From a virus (taxonomy: Duplodnaviria; Caudoviricetes), in the IMG/VR virus record IMGVR_UViG_3300022602_000026: a stretch of 64,000 bases of DNA; one strand, 5' to 3'. Position numbers and translations under genes: made by a program. Each line of letters begins with the position of its first letter. The stretch's first letter is position 1. The notes under the pieces were generated by a model. The model did no database searches and was not told the DNA's origin. It saw nothing but the letters and a program-made list of their open reading frames with translations. Shown piece after piece: positions 16,942 through 26,053 of this stretch.

Positions 16942-18147
16942 ATGCGTAAGTTATGGTACATGGGCCTAGAGCCCTACAAAGCAAGATACACTCTACAACT
17001 GCAAGACTGGAACGAAGCAGTATTCAAGCGTAGAGGTATCAATTATGAAATAGTCACAGGCGAAACATTAAGCAATGATCAAGCCATTGTTACTGGACAA
17101 GTGTTAGACGCACACGGACGTACTTACTTTGGTATGAGTCAGTTGATGAATTTGATTCGACGATTAAAAGCAGGAGATGTAACAAATGAAGACGTCATTT
17201 ACTTTGAAGACATGTTCCAGCCCGGTATCGAAAGTTTGCCATATATTTTTGACCAAATTGCCCCTGATTTTCGGCCCCGTGTTGCTGTGCGTTGTCTTGC
17301 TCAAAGTATTGATCCTGACGATTTCGTACATGTATGGGGCATGTCTAAGTGGATGGGCTTGTACGAGAAAATGGTGGACTCGTTCGCAGACCTCGTCCTG
17401 GCCTCAAATGAAGAAATGGTAATGCACATGAAGATTGCAGGCTGGGAAGCCCCCTTGTATAATATTAGTGGATTAGCATTTGGCAAGGAGGAAGTACGTG
17501 CACGAGTACCTGGTGAGCTAAAGCCGTTTAAAGAACGTGCACTACGTGTGGGCTTTGCAGCACGTTGGGATCAAGAAAAGCAACCAGACTTTTACATGGA
17601 CTTTATTGAAGAATGGAATCGACGTTATCCACATCTAGGCGTAGAGTTTTGTGTGTTTAGTGGTGCTAAACTAAAAAGCAACAACGACAGTTACATGAAT
17701 CGTACACGTGACATGCAGGCACGTGGATTGTTGACATTGCACGAGGACTTAGAGAAAAATGATTATTATGCTTTACTTAATGATACTAGGGTGCTATTTA
17801 ATTGTGCTCTTCAAGATTGGGTGTCCAACACTGTCAGTGAAGCAGATACTCTCGGATGTAATGTTCTATATCCTGCTTATAGGAGTTTCCCTGAGACCTT
17901 TGCTAACGATCATACAAGATTGTATGTGCCTTGGAGCATAGATGATGCTATCAACAAATTGTATCCATTGTTAAATGATCCAAGTCCTAACACGGGTAAG
18001 ATCTCTGATTGGACTGATGGCACTATTGATCGCATTGTTGATATCTTGGAAGGTACCAGCAACAACAGACACAAAAAATGGGAACACAACAAGTGGTCTC
18101 GTAACAGTGTTGACTATCGTAAATACACGCACGAAAGCAAGTATTGA
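16942..18147 (+). CDS. GT-B fold glycosyltransferase
   Basis: VGFAARWDQEKQP, YYALL, QDWVSNTVSEA, LYPAYRSFPE, resembling a GT-B nucleotide-sugar-binding domain. Confidence 0.7.
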   Translation: MRKLWYMGLEPYKARYTLQLQDWNEAVFKRRGINYEIVTGETLSNDQAIVTGQVLDAHGRTYFGMSQLMNLIRRLKAGDVTNEDVIYFEDMFQPGIESLPYIFDQIAPDFRPRVAVRCLAQSIDPDDFVHVWGMSKWMGLYEKMVDSFADLVLASNEEMVMHMKIAGWEAPLYNISGLAFGKEEVRARVPGELKPFKERALRVGFAARWDQEKQPDFYMDFIEEWNRRYPHLGVEFCVFSGAKLKSNNDSYMNRTRDMQARGLLTLHEDLEKNDYYALLNDTRVLFNCALQDWVSNTVSEADTLGCNVLYPAYRSFPETFANDHTRLYVPWSIDDAINKLYPLLNDPSPNTGKISDWTDGTIDRIVDILEGTSNNRHKKWEHNKWSRNSVDYRKYTHESKY

Positions 18148-18845
18148 TGAAGACTTTGTTGTCGGGATGTTCGTTAAGTGATTACTGTGGATGGAATGAA
18201 ATTGGTAATCACAGTGACGAACGGTGCTGGTACAATATTGTTGCAAACCGTTACAATCTTGATCTTACTAATCTTAGCTATGGCGGACATAGTAATCGCG
18301 AGATCTTGCATAAAATTGCAACCAATATATTGTTAGACGATTACGAACTTGTAATTGTACAACTGACCAGTACCAACCGACATTGGTTTTATCGCTACGA
18401 TAATCCCGAAGAGTTTTGTATTCTAAACGGGGCCAACATAGAAAACGCCAAAAGCCAAAGCGAACAAGATGCCTTTAATGTTTTTAGATTTGAGTTTAAT
18501 AACGTCTATGCCGAATTAGAACGCGATTTAGTTTCGTTATTAATGATACAACACTATCTTGAATCAAGATCTATTCCTTTGGTATTAGTAGACATGATGG
18601 GTGCCGGAGCAACAATGAATTCGTTTCGAATCAATCCAGCAAAACACAGTACTCATTGCAGTCCTGAATATTTGAAAAAATTATCTGCACTGTCTAGTAA
18701 ATTAAACCTAAATAATTCTGTTGGATTTGACGGAGGAATACTGATGTTACAAAATGATTTTGCTGATGATCTTGCACACCCAGGTGCGAAAACAAACATA
18801 AAATTTGCCGAATTAATTGGCGACATTATCAATAAATTAAAATGA
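18144..18845 (+). CDS. SGNH/GDSL-like protein
   Basis: GCS block I, GGHSN block II, DLAHP block V. Confidence 0.55.
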   Translation: MMKTLLSGCSLSDYCGWNEIGNHSDERCWYNIVANRYNLDLTNLSYGGHSNREILHKIATNILLDDYELVIVQLTSTNRHWFYRYDNPEEFCILNGANIENAKSQSEQDAFNVFRFEFNNVYAELERDLVSLLMIQHYLESRSIPLVLVDMMGAGATMNSFRINPAKHSTHCSPEYLKKLSALSSKLNLNNSVGFDGGILMLQNDFADDLAHPGAKTNIKFAELIGDIINKLK

Positions 18846-19825
18846 TTAGAAAAATTATAGTAACCGGAGGTTGTGGTTATATTGGTAGTCATGTGGCTCG
18901 TGCATTCAAACAACGTGGCGATACTGTATACATTATTGATCAAGTACAACGAGATCATACATTACAAAATATGGATGGTTGGGTTATAAATGACTTTGCC
19001 AGCGATGCGGCCTTGAGTTTTATTCGCATGAACGAGCCTGATGTTGTTGTGCATTGTGCTGGCACTAGCTTAGTAGGACCCAGCATGCGAGATCCTGGAG
19101 AATACTACAACAATAACATAGCAAAAACTATTCAATTGCTTAATGTTGTCAAGGATATCGCCAAAAAACCTGCCATTATGTTTTCTAGTAGTGCCAGTGT
19201 ATACGGTGAGCCCGATCGACTGCCTTTAGTAGAAGATGATCCCGTAAAGCCTATTAGCCCATATGGTAATACAAAGGCCATGACTGAAAGTATACTTCGT
19301 GACTATTGGGGTGCGTATGCACTACAGAGCATGTGCTTTAGATACTTCAATGCCGCTGGTGCTGAACCCATCAACTTTGATCTAGGACAAGAACCCGGCG
19401 CTACACATATTGTGGCACGATTGTTAGAAGCCAAACTTGCAGGCACTGCATTCGTTTTAAACGGCATTGATTTTGGCACCGACGATCATACTGCGGTGCG
19501 TGACTATGTACATGTGTGGGATATTGCACGAGCACATGTGCTAGGTGCAAGTTACATGTTGGACGACTATCCGCAAATGGGTGCACACGTTTACAATCTC
19601 AGCACAGGTCGTGGCACAAGCAATTTGGAAATCATTAACCATGTTACTGCCCGTTACGGCCGGATGGAACAAATAGCCTATGGTCCAAGACGACATGGCG
19701 ATCCTGCACAGTTATATGCTGATGCCAGCAAAGCACGAAGACAATTGAGTTGGACTCCATTGTTTAGTGACTTGGAAACAATCGTTGATAGTGCTTATAG
19801 GTGGTATACAAAAGATGGCGTTTGA
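18842..19825 (+). CDS. galE: UDP-glucose 4-epimerase
   Basis: VTGGCGYIGSH, FSSSASVYG, YGNTK, RYFNAAGA, RDYVHV. Confidence 0.92.
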   Translation: MIRKIIVTGGCGYIGSHVARAFKQRGDTVYIIDQVQRDHTLQNMDGWVINDFASDAALSFIRMNEPDVVVHCAGTSLVGPSMRDPGEYYNNNIAKTIQLLNVVKDIAKKPAIMFSSSASVYGEPDRLPLVEDDPVKPISPYGNTKAMTESILRDYWGAYALQSMCFRYFNAAGAEPINFDLGQEPGATHIVARLLEAKLAGTAFVLNGIDFGTDDHTAVRDYVHVWDIARAHVLGASYMLDDYPQMGAHVYNLSTGRGTSNLEIINHVTARYGRMEQIAYGPRRHGDPAQLYADASKARRQLSWTPLFSDLETIVDSAYRWYTKDGV

Positions 19826-20411
19826 TAAATTATTTGAGTTTGAATCTGCATTAGCCAAATACACCGGAGCACCTTATGTGGTGTTAACTGATGGTTGTAC
19901 ACATGCTCTAGAACTGTGCTTTAGACATGACCGTATTACCGCTACTACTTTAACTCCGTATACGTATCTTAGTATCCCCATGATGTTGCGGCAACTCAAG
20001 ATCAATTTTGAGTTTTATCCCGACACATTACCACATAGACAACAATGGGTTGGTGAATACAAGTTTGAGGCCACTCGTATTTGGGATAGTGCTAGATTAC
20101 TCAAACCCAATATGTATCAAGCAGGGCAGGCGCAATGTGTAAGTTTTGGACATGGAAAGCCTTTACAACTAGGTCGAGGTGGTGCTATACTAACAGATGA
20201 TGTTGAATTATATGAATGGGCCAGTCTTGCACGTAGTGATGGTAGAGATCTTAGAATCTCCCCGTGGGAACAACAAGAATATTTTACACAAGGTTATCAC
20301 TACTGTCCAACATTGGAACTATGCGAACAAGGTCTAAATAAATTATCAACCGCAGACACTGAACCTAAATACTATCAATATCCAGACTTAAGGAAAATAA
20401 ATGTACGATAA
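19815..20411 (+). CDS. Short DegT/DnrJ/EryC1/StrS PLP-dependent aminotransferase-like protein
   Basis: FESALAKYTG, CTHALEL, WDSA, SFGHGK...GRGGAILTDD. Confidence 0.75.
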   Translation: MAFDKLFEFESALAKYTGAPYVVLTDGCTHALELCFRHDRITATTLTPYTYLSIPMMLRQLKINFEFYPDTLPHRQQWVGEYKFEATRIWDSARLLKPNMYQAGQAQCVSFGHGKPLQLGRGGAILTDDVELYEWASLARSDGRDLRISPWEQQEYFTQGYHYCPTLELCEQGLNKLSTADTEPKYYQYPDLRKINVR

Positions 20412-21168
20412 AGCACACAAAGATTTTAAAGAACAAGAAACTGCCCTAGATGCAATGGCTGGAGACGGCGGTTATAGCGAAGGCACTATGCACGGTTATT
20501 TAGGTGCCGTAATGAGACGTAACGGCAAACGCTTTTGGGCCGGCGATAATATTAGTGAGTATGTAAAAGAGGAAGATATTCCTCGACTAATCGACGAAGC
20601 AACCGAGGCATTTGAACGAGTGTTGGACTGTTTGCTGATTGATCGAGAAAACGATCCTAATAGCAAAGGTACTGCAAGACGTCTTGCTAAAATGTATTTC
20701 AACGAAATTATGGAGGGCAGATATGTTCCAGGACCCGACGCAACCAGTTTCCCCAACGACAGCGAAGACAGATACGAAGGTATGTTGGTGGTACGAAGTG
20801 AGCTCCGCTCTATGTGCAGTCATCATCATCAGCCCGTTACTGGTGTCGCTTACATTGGCATCATCGCCGCACAAAAACTTATTGGTCTTAGCAAGTACAC
20901 TCGTATTGCTCAGTGGTGCGCTCGTCGCGGCACTCTCCAGGAAGAGTTGTGTAACGATATTGCTCGGGAAATAGAACGTGCTACAGGTGCTGAAAACTTG
21001 GGTGTTTATATCCAAGCAACACATGGATGCTGTGAGAATCGAGGTATTATGGCACATAGTTCATTAACACAAACTACAGTATTAAAAGGCAGTTTCAAGG
21101 ACGATGCTGGGGTAAAGAAAGAATTCTTTGATAATATCAAAATGCAACAAGAGTTCGCTCCCCGCTGA
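20401..21168 (+). CDS. folE: GTP cyclohydrolase I
   Basis: TARRLAKMY, SMCSHHHQP, IGLSKYTRIA, LQEEL, HGCC..RG. Confidence 0.95.
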   Translation: MYDKAHKDFKEQETALDAMAGDGGYSEGTMHGYLGAVMRRNGKRFWAGDNISEYVKEEDIPRLIDEATEAFERVLDCLLIDRENDPNSKGTARRLAKMYFNEIMEGRYVPGPDATSFPNDSEDRYEGMLVVRSELRSMCSHHHQPVTGVAYIGIIAAQKLIGLSKYTRIAQWCARRGTLQEELCNDIAREIERATGAENLGVYIQATHGCCENRGIMAHSSLTQTTVLKGSFKDDAGVKKEFFDNIKMQQEFAPR

Positions 21169-21169
21169 T

Positions 21170-21198
21170 TTGACACCAAATGACTAAAGTAGTATAAT
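21170..21198 (+). promoter_or_regulatory. Consensus sigma70 promoter, AATG-spacer class
   Basis: TTGACA-ccaAATGactaaagtag (17 bp)-TATAAT. Confidence 0.9.
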
Positions 21199-21227
21199 TG
21201 TGGTATTGTAAAACTACAGGAGCTCCT

Positions 21228-22661
21228 GTGAAATATATAGCATCAATTCTGTGTACTTTAGTATTAACCGCTTGCGGGGGTGGGGGCGGAGGAGTTGCTT
21301 CGATTCCGGTACCGCCATCATCGCCCCCTCCAGTGGCTCCGCCAAGCAATACCATGTTGTCGGCAGAGAATAATTCAGTTACTGTTACAGATATAGTAGA
21401 CTACCCCACTGCAGGCAATTATGATTTTTCCAGTGTTAACTATGGATTTGGTCGATTTGGCAGTACCACTGCTACTTGCTTTGTGGCGCAGACATTTGCT
21501 AGATTGAACGGGGTAAGTTCTTCGGCTATTCCCGATGCTCCACTATATGTTGGATGTGTGCAAGGCGACGGATCTGTTAAAGAAGTTAGCCAACAATTAT
21601 TTGGTGCACAATTATACGTCAACGGCAACTATCCCTTGGTTGCAGACTTTAACGGTGACGGCATTGATGACTTGTTTTTATACGATGCTTATGATGGCAA
21701 CAGTCCTGCAGGTTTTGAAGTTGCACTGATCAGCAACGCCAACGGAACCTATACTCAAAATAGATATACCATGACCGACCCTGGTGGTTGGGCCATCGGC
21801 AGTGATCAAAATGCCGCAACCGATATCAATCACGATGGATGTTTAGATGTATTGAATGTGGGTGGTAAGTCAATGTTGCAGGTCAAATCGGGCACAACCT
21901 GTACAGGTGCATTTACCGAACAGTATTATACTGGCTCGATAGCACAATATGGTAGTGCAGTCTGCGCCGGCGACTTTGCCAATCTCGGATATGATCAGTA
22001 TGTGTTTGCCGATGCCAATAATGCAAATTTGGTTGTTCCCAATAATATACTCACCATTGACCCTACAACTTTTGCAATTACTTCGGTAACTGCATTGCCA
22101 ATGCCATATTGGAATGTGCTTAATAATGCAACAACAGCCAATCCAGCGGCACATAACTTTGCCTGTAGGACCGCAGATATAAACAACGATGGACATCCCG
22201 ATATCTTGATTTTTACAAGACCTATGCCGGCATTTGCTACAGGTGGTGGGTGGAGCAGTCAAAGTTATGTTCAAATTTATTTGAATAACGGCACTGGCGG
22301 GTTCACTGACATTAGCGCAACAGCATTGCCGGGATATAATACTAACACAATGGGATCGTATAGTCCCAGGATAATTGACATCAATGGCGATGGCTATTTG
22401 GATATTGTGCTAGAGGGAACTACATTTAGTAATGCTCCAGGCAATCAAGTTTGGATCAACAACAAGAACAATACATTTACATCAGTATTCACTAACGAGT
22501 TGACCAACTTGTATGCGTCAGTTCCCAGTACCGCATCGGGCATGATCCCCAGTATGTTACCGATTCAAGTTAATAATGCATGGAATTATATTATACAAGT
22601 TCAAGATTCTAACAATCACTATCATATTGAAGTTGCCAATACTCAATATGTTTTTAAATAG
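21228..22661 (+). CDS. Lipoprotein with FG-GAP/VCBS beta-propeller repeats
   Basis: Signal peptide and LTAC lipobox; repeats ADFNGDGIDDL, DINHDGCLDV, ADINNDGHPDI, DINGDGYLDI; GTG start after CAGGAG. Confidence 0.85.
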   Translation: MKYIASILCTLVLTACGGGGGGVASIPVPPSSPPPVAPPSNTMLSAENNSVTVTDIVDYPTAGNYDFSSVNYGFGRFGSTTATCFVAQTFARLNGVSSSAIPDAPLYVGCVQGDGSVKEVSQQLFGAQLYVNGNYPLVADFNGDGIDDLFLYDAYDGNSPAGFEVALISNANGTYTQNRYTMTDPGGWAIGSDQNAATDINHDGCLDVLNVGGKSMLQVKSGTTCTGAFTEQYYTGSIAQYGSAVCAGDFANLGYDQYVFADANNANLVVPNNILTIDPTTFAITSVTALPMPYWNVLNNATTANPAAHNFACRTADINNDGHPDILIFTRPMPAFATGGGWSSQSYVQIYLNNGTGGFTDISATALPGYNTNTMGSYSPRIIDINGDGYLDIVLEGTTFSNAPGNQVWINNKNNTFTSVFTNELTNLYASVPSTASGMIPSMLPIQVNNAWNYIIQVQDSNNHYHIEVANTQYVFK

Positions 22662-22669
22662 GAATAAAA

Positions 22670-23002
22670 ATGATACCATTACCACCAGGATGTACTGTGT
22701 CCTATCATATATGGATAGATGTAGATGCTATCACAGATGAAATGTGTGAATGGTTTAGCATGATTGGCGGCACTGTGACCGAAAAGGCTGAAACCTTTAC
22801 TGGTAGATCTTATAGCTTAAAGGTCGTAAAACAAGTGCAATATGGACGATCTAAACCCAGTTACTATAGACAAGACGGCACTGGCTATGTTAAAATAAAC
22901 TTTCACGGTAGCGATGCTTCAACTGCAAGTGTGTTCCTACTTAAATTTATGGACAATGTAGTGGCTCATAATATGAAACAAGAATTTGATTTGAGTAAAT
23001 AA
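22670..23002 (+). CDS. Hypothetical protein
   Basis: 110-aa ORF with AGGA RBS. Confidence 0.65.
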   Translation: MIPLPPGCTVSYHIWIDVDAITDEMCEWFSMIGGTVTEKAETFTGRSYSLKVVKQVQYGRSKPSYYRQDGTGYVKINFHGSDASTASVFLLKFMDNVVAHNMKQEFDLSK

Positions 23003-23004
23003 TC

Positions 23005-23070
23005 TATAGCGGTCTTGGCTTCATCCCGCTTTATAAACTCTGCCAGCCTATGCTACAATTAACATAGGAG
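23005..23070 (+). ncRNA. Candidate structured 5' leader of queD (pseudoknot plus RBS-sequestering hairpin)
   Basis: AGCGG/CCGCT, TTGGC/GCCAG and CCTATG/CATAGG pairings. Confidence 0.45.
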
Positions 23071-23077
23071 AAACAGC

Positions 23078-23611
23078 ATGTCAGACGACTTTAACGCAGT
23101 ATTCAAACGAGAATACAAACCAGTAACTTACCGATACACCAGTACAAAAGAATACCACGATGCATTTCCGTGCGCTTACCGACAATGGCGAGCCGACAGT
23201 CATTGTAATTTGATACATGGTTATAGTTTCAGTATGAAGTTTTACTTTGGTACTGATGACTTGGATGTGCGTAACTGGGCCGCTGACTACGGTGGCTTAA
23301 AAGAGCTTAAACGAACACTAGAAGATCAATTTGATCATACGCTATTGGTGGCCGAAGACGATCCCGAACTGGAAATATACCGATTACTAGAATCAAAGAA
23401 CATGGCCAAACTGACTATCCTACCAAGACTGGGGTGTGAAGGTTTAGCAGACATGCTTTACAAGTATGTTAATGGCGTTTACATTCCTGATATGTGGGGA
23501 CCAGGTGAAGCAGATAGACTTTGGTGCTATCGAGTTGAAGTAAGAGAAACACAAAGCAACATGGCCTATCGAGAAGGACATAGAGAAGACGGCGAGGACT
23601 TGTTTGCTTAA
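23078..23611 (+). CDS. queD: 6-carboxy-5,6,7,8-tetrahydropterin synthase
   Basis: HCNLIHGYS (C-x3-HGH-like), DYGGLK, FDHTLL, EVRET. Confidence 0.88.
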   Translation: MSDDFNAVFKREYKPVTYRYTSTKEYHDAFPCAYRQWRADSHCNLIHGYSFSMKFYFGTDDLDVRNWAADYGGLKELKRTLEDQFDHTLLVAEDDPELEIYRLLESKNMAKLTILPRLGCEGLADMLYKYVNGVYIPDMWGPGEADRLWCYRVEVRETQSNMAYREGHREDGEDLFA

Positions 23612-23814
23612 TGGATATTAACATCATGTATCTAGCCATTGTGTTCTTTTGCCAAGGAACACAATGTGGTGCAATGTCGGTCGAGACACCGTACGCAAAT
23701 CAAGCCGAATGTCGATCAGATGTGGCCCAAGCCGAAGAAAAGTTTCGACAAGATCCCTCGATAACCATTGTCGAGGGAAGATGTGCAAGGTTTAATAACG
23801 GGCTAAAATCATAA
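23611..23814 (+). CDS. Small hypothetical protein with hydrophobic N-terminus
   Basis: 67 aa with four Cys; translationally coupled to queD. Confidence 0.55.
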   Translation: MDINIMYLAIVFFCQGTQCGAMSVETPYANQAECRSDVAQAEEKFRQDPSITIVEGRCARFNNGLKS

Positions 23815-23832
23815 TTTATCAAGAAGATTCAT

Positions 23833-24693
23833 TTGCTTAACACTGATATTCAATGGATACATGTAGAGGCGTCAAGTAAATGTAATGCTTGGTGCCCGGC
23901 TTGCCCAAGGAATAAAAACGGGTTTGGTATCGCTGACAACTTGATCGAGGAAGATTTGTCTATTGCTAGACTTGTATCGGTACTAGATCAATTGCCCAAT
24001 TTGCACGGAATACAATTTTGTGGTAATTTTGGTGATCCTGTGATAGCCAACAACATTTTAGATTTGATATCTGTGGCAATGAAATATGCTAAAAAGATAC
24101 AAATACACACAAATGGTAGTTTGCGATCCACGGCGTGGTGGCGAGAATTAGCAACTGTGTTACAGAATGTTGATCACGATGTTTGGTTTGGTATAGATGG
24201 ATTGGCCGGCGTACACGAGATATATCGACAGGGCACAGATTATGACAAAGTTATTGACAATGCTACCAGTTTTATTGATGCCGGAGGTGTTGCAACTTGG
24301 CAATTTATTCCGTATGCACACAACGAACATCAAATACGCGACTGCTTAAAGACCAGTCAACGATTGGGATTTCGTCAATTCAAATTGGTAAAGTCGTTTA
24401 GAGATATAACCGAAGCAAGACACTACCGCACCGGAGATGGTTTTAAATTACTTGCCCCAAAAGAAATCAAACAAATTATACAAATGCCAACATCAAAAAC
24501 CAAAGTTGATCCGGTAGACTGTATGCATTTGACTCAACCTGGAATTTATCTAGGAGCAAATGGTAAATTAAGTTACTGTTGTTATCATCATAATCTACAA
24601 TCGGCAGAAAAACAATTTGATTCTTTGCAAGAATTGTTGTATAATAACATCAACTTGGATCATAAACAATGTATATTTTCATGTGGGAAATAA
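23833..24693 (+). CDS. Radical SAM protein
   Basis: CNAWCPAC, CGNFGDP, HTNG, FGIDG; C-terminal Cys cluster. Confidence 0.85.
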   Translation: MLNTDIQWIHVEASSKCNAWCPACPRNKNGFGIADNLIEEDLSIARLVSVLDQLPNLHGIQFCGNFGDPVIANNILDLISVAMKYAKKIQIHTNGSLRSTAWWRELATVLQNVDHDVWFGIDGLAGVHEIYRQGTDYDKVIDNATSFIDAGGVATWQFIPYAHNEHQIRDCLKTSQRLGFRQFKLVKSFRDITEARHYRTGDGFKLLAPKEIKQIIQMPTSKTKVDPVDCMHLTQPGIYLGANGKLSYCCYHHNLQSAEKQFDSLQELLYNNINLDHKQCIFSCGK

Positions 24694-24694
24694 T

Positions 24695-24967
24695 ATGAAC
24701 GAAAAAATAGAAGAAGCACTGGGCATATTGCAAGAGGAATGTGCCGAAGTAATACAAGATGTCAGCAAGTGTAGACGTTTTGGCGTGGACAATGTATACT
24801 TAAACGGTGAAGGCACGCAACGAGAAAATCTTGCAAAAGAAGTTGGCGATGTACTGGCCATGATTGATATTCTAATTGAACAAGGCCTATTCACACAGAG
24901 TGAACTAGATGTTGCCAAATCAAACAAAAAAATTAAACTTAAGAAGTGGTCAAAAATATATGAGTAA
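24695..24967 (+). CDS. MazG-like pyrophosphohydrolase
   Basis: LQEECAEVIQ...K and KEVGDVLA motifs. Confidence 0.75.
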   Translation: MNEKIEEALGILQEECAEVIQDVSKCRRFGVDNVYLNGEGTQRENLAKEVGDVLAMIDILIEQGLFTQSELDVAKSNKKIKLKKWSKIYE

Positions 24968-25808
24968 ATTAAAAGTAGCAGAATTATTTTATAGTGTACA
25001 GGGCGAAGGACGTTACATGGGTGTTCCTTCTGTGTTCTTACGTGTGTTTGGATGTAACTTTAAATGTGCCGGCTTTGGCATGCCTCGAGGAGAAACTAGT
25101 AATGAAGTTGAAGATATTGCTCAAGTGGTCCACATGTTTGACGATTATAAACAATTGCCTTTGGTATCTACTGGATGTGACAGTTATGCTAGTTGGGATC
25201 CTAGGTTTAAGCATCTTAGTCCCATGCTTGATACTGACGCAATTGCCAATCAGATTATAGACATACTACCTCACAAGGGGTGGGAAGACGAGCATCTTGT
25301 AATCACAGGCGGTGAACCTTTGCTGGGTTGGCAAAGACAGTATCCCGACTTGTTGGATAATGTCAACATGGCAGGACTAAAAGAAATTACATTTGAAACA
25401 AATGGTACACAAAAGTTAACCGATGACTTCAAGAAGTATTTGTTTAAATGGCGTCAACAAAATAAGAATAGAGAAATAACTTTCAGTGTGAGTGCTAAAC
25501 TGCCCGCAAGTGGCGAGACATGGGCGGAAGCAATACAACCAAAGACTGTATGCGAATATGAATGGTTTGGTACTGCTTATTTGAAGTTTGTTGTTGCAAC
25601 CGAACAAGACATATTAGATGCAGAACGTGCAGTCAAAGAATATCGTGATGCTGGCTTTGTAGGACACGTGTACTTAATGCCCGTAGGTGGTGTTGAAAGT
25701 GTTTATACGTTAAATGCAAAGAACGTAGCACTAGCAGCAATGCAACGTGGTTGGCGTTACAGTGATCGACTACAAGTGCCACTATTTAAAAATGAGTGGG
25801 GTACTTAA
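24960..25808 (+). CDS. queE: 7-carboxy-7-deazaguanine synthase
   Basis: ELFYSVQGEG, VFLR..GCNFKC, CDS, VITGGEP, FETNGT, SAK, RLQ. Confidence 0.9.
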   Translation: MSKLKVAELFYSVQGEGRYMGVPSVFLRVFGCNFKCAGFGMPRGETSNEVEDIAQVVHMFDDYKQLPLVSTGCDSYASWDPRFKHLSPMLDTDAIANQIIDILPHKGWEDEHLVITGGEPLLGWQRQYPDLLDNVNMAGLKEITFETNGTQKLTDDFKKYLFKWRQQNKNREITFSVSAKLPASGETWAEAIQPKTVCEYEWFGTAYLKFVVATEQDILDAERAVKEYRDAGFVGHVYLMPVGGVESVYTLNAKNVALAAMQRGWRYSDRLQVPLFKNEWGT

Positions 25809-26039
25809 TTGCCAATGGATATACTTAGCGATCTAAATCACTTTTACTACCGGGCACAGTGGAGGCAAAAGTTTGCACTGTGGCCTAGGCGTTGTGCACG
25901 ATCGGGTCGCCGTATATTTTTTGAACGAGCCTACCAAGGCACCGCTATGTACACTGGCCCTGGTGAACCTGTGTACGAACATCATTGGCACCGTAGAGAC
26001 GAACATTTATTATGGTTGCTGACACGACCCGTTAAATAA
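25809..26039 (+). CDS. Hypothetical protein
   Basis: 76-aa Trp/Arg-rich ORF in operon. Confidence 0.55.
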   Translation: MPMDILSDLNHFYYRAQWRQKFALWPRRCARSGRRIFFERAYQGTAMYTGPGEPVYEHHWHRRDEHLLWLLTRPVK

Positions 26040-26053
26040 AATAAAGGACCAAC

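Noticed and set aside
21273-21295. G-rich tract as a phase-variation or G-quadruplex element
   Set aside because: It encodes the CGGGGGG linker typical of lipoprotein N-termini, and the runs are interrupted at wobble positions.
23005-23070. Calling the queD leader a known preQ1-I riboswitch
   Set aside because: It lacks the short stem plus A-rich 3' tail consensus, so it is kept only as an unassigned candidate.
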